Assembly (NCBI GenBank): GCA_003344405.1
Contig: NOWV01000011.1
Span: 124,001-188,000 of the forward strand
DNA from: Trichoplax sp. H2
Lineage: Eukaryota
DNA length: 64,000 bases
Reading direction: 5' to 3'
Part shown: positions 59,701 through 64,000 of the stretch, in pieces
Layout of the letters: every line of letters starts with the position of its first letter
Numbering within the stretch: position 1 is the first letter of the stretch
Translations under genes and position numbers: made by a program
Notes under the pieces: generated by a model
Database searches by the model: none
Told to the model about the DNA's origin: nothing
The model's input: only the letters and a program-made list of their open reading frames with translations

Positions 59701-60539
59701 TAAAGCTTTAGCTGGCTAGTAACTGTTAGCAAAATGAGTAATAATTACTGCAGTAGGTACTAATTAATCGAAGCAATTGTAAAGTAATACAGTAGTTGGT
59801 AGAAGAGTGTAGCAGGCATTTGTAATGTATTCCTTGACATTCGACGAACTTGTTGAGCAGATGAGGACAGTAGCATATGATTTATAAGCCCATAGTACTG
59901 ACAGTATTATAGGGTAAGGATATCTATTATTGTTAAAGGTACACACTGGAAGCTGATGATTGCCATATTTTGTTATGCAGATACTGTGTTAGAAACATGT
60001 AGACTATGACGTCAAGTGTAAACACCATTTTAAACCTTGCGTGTATGACGTTAGGCAATAAATATGATATGACATCAAAAGATGGTACAGCAAGATTCCT
60101 AATGCGATCAACTTGTATAGGAATTTATCGTCTTATCGTTGATGATTGACTGTTAATACAAAGATTTTTGTAACTATTTGAAGTTTTGATACTAGAAAGT
60201 GACATCTTTGTCAAGAAACTGAGCAGCACTGTAAGAGTAGTAAGATAAAAAAATGGATCATCCATATACGGTAGACGTCTACATGCTAATACCATTGATC
60301 GTTCTTATCGGTAGAATAACATTTTTGTACAGTAATCTCGTTTACCTGGTGCTATCAGTGATTGGGCCAGGTTTCTCACCACATTTGATCAGCTCTGCTT
60401 TGAGCTCAGCGTTGCTTAATTCAGTAAGACTTTTACGTTCACCATTGATAACGTCAAACATAAGTGTGTTGATATCTACTGTAGCTTCCTTCCGTTTAGT
60501 CGTTGACTTTCTACTTCGTTTTAATGGTGGTGTAGCCAT
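56774..60539 (-). CDS. LEM-domain protein spliced in frame to a degenerate N-acetylneuraminate lyase (NPL/DHDPS-fold) domain
   Basis: Exon 60539-60346 plus exon 59536-59320 give LEM LTELSNAELKAELIKCGEKPGPITDSTRKPYEKLL. A phase-0 intron leads to exon 59059-58989 (VEGLIADVLTPFHRNG), then NPL-like exons (GEYKSLTIDERK, ARFAQSVGVSAI, VPTFCGTQYNG, MGREE|QFLGGLAVG, KAMLTLRGLDIGIPRSPL). Confidence 0.75.
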
Positions 60540-63500
60540 TGCCAAACTTTGAACGAGTCAGTCAGTATACAGTTCAATACACTTCAAATATGTAGACTAG
60601 TTACCGTTCGAAAGTACGGTAGGCTCTTTTTCGGCTTTCTTTGACTTGCTAGAGCTGTTGTTATGAAATGTAAGATAGTTACAGAGGACTTCTTAATGCC
60701 GGGAATACTATTGTAACAACAGTGGCTATTTTTTTCAGCCTTTCCTTGAGTTGTTCCTGTTGACAAAGTCAGTGATTTGATACTGAATCACACTGTAATC
60801 TTAGCTTGGCAGATTCTACAGTGATCCAGTCAGCACGACTATGTTGGTGAAATCTCTCCTTCTTAGGACACGGATTGGCGTAGAACTACTGTACGTATTC
60901 ATTTTTAAGCATTAGGGTCAAAGGACAGATAAACGCATACAGTTTTAATTATCAACTGAATTAGTTGTTTAGAAGAACGTCTAGTCTTGTTTTATGTTAA
61001 GTATGTTAGCTAAGCCAGTAAATTTCATGGCATAATTTTACGTTTTTATCACTGAAATTCTTCACTTACCGCACCATCAAGTCCGCTGGAAAAATTGATT
61101 CAATGGCTGTCAATTTACCAATTATAATGTATTTAAATGATGCTTCACGTACAGTATGACGTGAAGCGTTTCAATTGTTTTTGTGTCAAACGTACTGTAG
61201 CTCTAGTCAAACAACACAACAACCGATCGATGTTCACACTGAGTACAGTACACTGAGTACAGTACAGAATTGTACTGTAGAGCATGAACTCCTATAAAGG
61301 ATCTACAGTACAGTACTGTACTGTACTGTACTGTACCGTACTGTACATACTGTACACTTCGCAACGATTTGCAAGTACATTTGTACAGTACAGTTCACAT
61401 CAACTTGACACATCAGTTAACTCGCTGTAATTGATTAATTTATTATGATAAAGTAAAATAAAATGAAGAGGATATAAAAATTAATAATGACCGTCATAAT
61501 ATGCTATTTTCTTCTTCATTTGATAATTATAATTATCACTAGCCAGCCTTAGATAACTCCATATTGAAGTAGTGCGTCAGAAACAGTGATTTCCAGCTGT
61601 AGCGTACGCACACTCGTACGGCAGTTTACAGTATACTGCAAACACTAAGGTTGCATTGCATTGTACAAAGCACAACGTGGTGCTCCACTAAAGCAGCATG
61701 GTTCAATAGTTCAATCTATAAACTCCAAAGGTTGATTAAACATCGACAGTAAACTTGGCTGCATATGGTGGTTGGGTTGTCAATTTCATCATGTCTATAA
61801 AATGTCTACAGTACAGTATATTCATTGAGTTAACCACACGAACTTTTATCGCACGCTCAAGTAACGAGTGGATAAACAGCAGTACAATTAAACATTATAT
61901 TATCAACAACGCTGCGTACAGTATGGACGTACATGAGCAGAATTGGGTTCAGCATGGAGATAAGAATAGGTTATGGCGGCATGCTACTGACCAGAAATTA
62001 GAAATCCTTAGTTTCTCACGTTTACAGTAGTATAGGAGACTGCAAAAATGATCTTTGGTGACATTTGGGCGTAGCTCATGACCTCAGAATTTTTAAGATC
62101 CAAACAGCGAAACAGAATTGAAGTGAGATCATGTTTTTGTTTATAAGTTAAATTTTTGAACCCAATACTCTAAAGTCGATAGCGTTGTGTATGGTTATCA
62201 GAGTCTAATGCGCCCGTAAGCCATGTCATGTTTAAATTTTTTTAAATTTGTATTTCATTTCGTTTACTTCATCTATGGCCGTTGAATTCCTTCTAAAGGG
62301 GTTACGGAGCTTATATCTTTAGCTGTTCAACATTCAGTTGCGCTAATGCATTACCACTGGGGGTTCAAGATACGGCCTTGACCTATGGCACTTTGCACAC
62401 GTTGCATTGTTGTGCCAAGTAGTGTACACTGTACAGCACGTAATAAGTAATCCAATTATTGAGATCTAGTACAATATAAACTAAAGATATAGCGTAAATA
62501 TATTATGAACAAGTATCTAGAAACTAGCTATATTGTATAGCCTATATATCGTACATAACTCTTATACGTGATTAGTAACGTCAACAGATTATCTGAATAA
62601 ACCAATGTTGTCCGTTGTGTCCAATTAGTGTGTGGATTACTAAATCATATTTACGGTATACCTTGCAAAGTGTTTATAGTATTTTTATTCTACCTTATAA
62701 AAGATAGCAACATAAAAATAATAACAATAATAATAATAATAATGCTATATTTTTTGTATTTTACCGAAGGATAACTTGGCATAATATAAGAGGTCAAGAT
62801 CTAAATTGTATTTTTATTTCAATGTGTAGATGCAACTACTTCGGTGTATGGAATGTACTTCCATGGATTATGGAGCTATATATGTATACTTGTATAACGT
62901 ATAATAAGACTTATTTGCTTACAGTTTTAAAAATCTGAAAATATGCAAACTTGCAGTTCTTTGATATATCTAAATCGAATAAACCAATGTTTACAACTTT
63001 ATCGCAAGCGCTTATCAAATTTTGTTTATACGTTTTATTACTCTTTTTTTTGGACGATAAAGTGTTACTGCATGCTACGTGAGTGAATTTTAGATTTTAA
63101 ATATACTATGCTTCTAATATTTTCTTTGTACGAAAATGTTTTTACTTCTTGACCTTAAACTTTTAAGTTAACACTACTATACAGTAAATAACTAAATATT
63201 TTAGGCATTTAATCTAGATTGATAGTAAACAAGAATGAAAGACTTGTGAATCATTGTCACTATATATATAATACTCGTATATATCGTATGCATACATTCT
63301 TAAATTATTATTATAATTACATATTATATGTTTGTAAGTCTGTATTGCTTTTCAACATTGTTTCGAAGAGTTTTAGGTCGAAGTCGTAAGGGATCGGGTA
63401 TACAGTACACTATACAGCTGCTGTATCTTCAATACTATACAAAAACAAAAACGGCGATCAACGAGTGATTTAAACCATATACGCATATTTTTATATGGCA

Positions 63501-64000
63501 GTCTGTTAAATCAGATAAAGGTAACTTTTACGGCATAACAAGTGCTATGTGCAGGTAGCATAATAATGGATCGCTAGAAGCTACAATGTAGCTGCTACAT
63601 TGGATTACTGACAGTACTGTAGCTCATGTGTCATCAGCTCTTACAATATACAGCATAATAATCTTGGAAGTGTAAATTAATTGACTCTAACGTATTGATT
63701 GCAACATCAAGATTTATAAATGGCGATTTAATAGTCATAGAAATTATAATTGCTATAACATTATACAGTATAATCCTTTACTAGCGTATGTACAATGTAC
63801 AGTACTCACCATGCTCTGAGTTATCTATATTATAGATTGAAAGTGACCAAGTATTTACTACATATAGATGAAAACTTCAACAGTCGGTTGGACTTTTTAG
63901 CCTACCGTATATTGCACTGTCTAGCAGTTGCCCTGCTGATGTAAATTAATGCTGTAAAGTCCGTTGGCTGTACAAACAGTTGAATTTTGGTACATAATTA

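Noticed and set aside
61400-64000. Short ORF 61755-62030 and remaining 3' sequence
   Set aside because: No recognisable domain or consistent exon chain; no tRNA/rRNA seen here or elsewhere in the window.

Overview
AT-rich, compact, intron-rich animal DNA, not prokaryotic. Gene density, short introns and gene content suggest a placozoan (Trichoplax-like), which is my inference. I assembled about 15 spliced genes by hand: ANKS3-like (5'-truncated), SEL1L3-like, an Sp17-like D/D + 5xIQ protein, CFAP91, an unknown PH-domain protein, ETFB, HOATZ and TMEM218 (head to head), SDHC, a bacterial-type dnaQ exonuclease, nicastrin and BBIP1 (head to head), CFAP68/C11orf1, a bacterial-type CPBP/Abi protease, and a LEM-domain + NPL-like gene. 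Main findings: (1) an apparently in-frame spliced fusion of a LEM (BAF-binding) domain to a catalytically degenerate N-acetylneuraminate-lyase/DHDPS barrel; (2) a Rickettsiales-like dnaQ with intact DEDDh residues, a spliceosomal intron and host-type upstream DNA, a candidate domesticated HGT gene; (3) seven ciliary genes, six of them served by five RFX X-boxes; (4) a tandem array of three hairpins beside the SDHC promoter; (5) TACAG/CTGTA arrays at gene 5' ends. Protein identifications come from remembered family motifs, not database searches.
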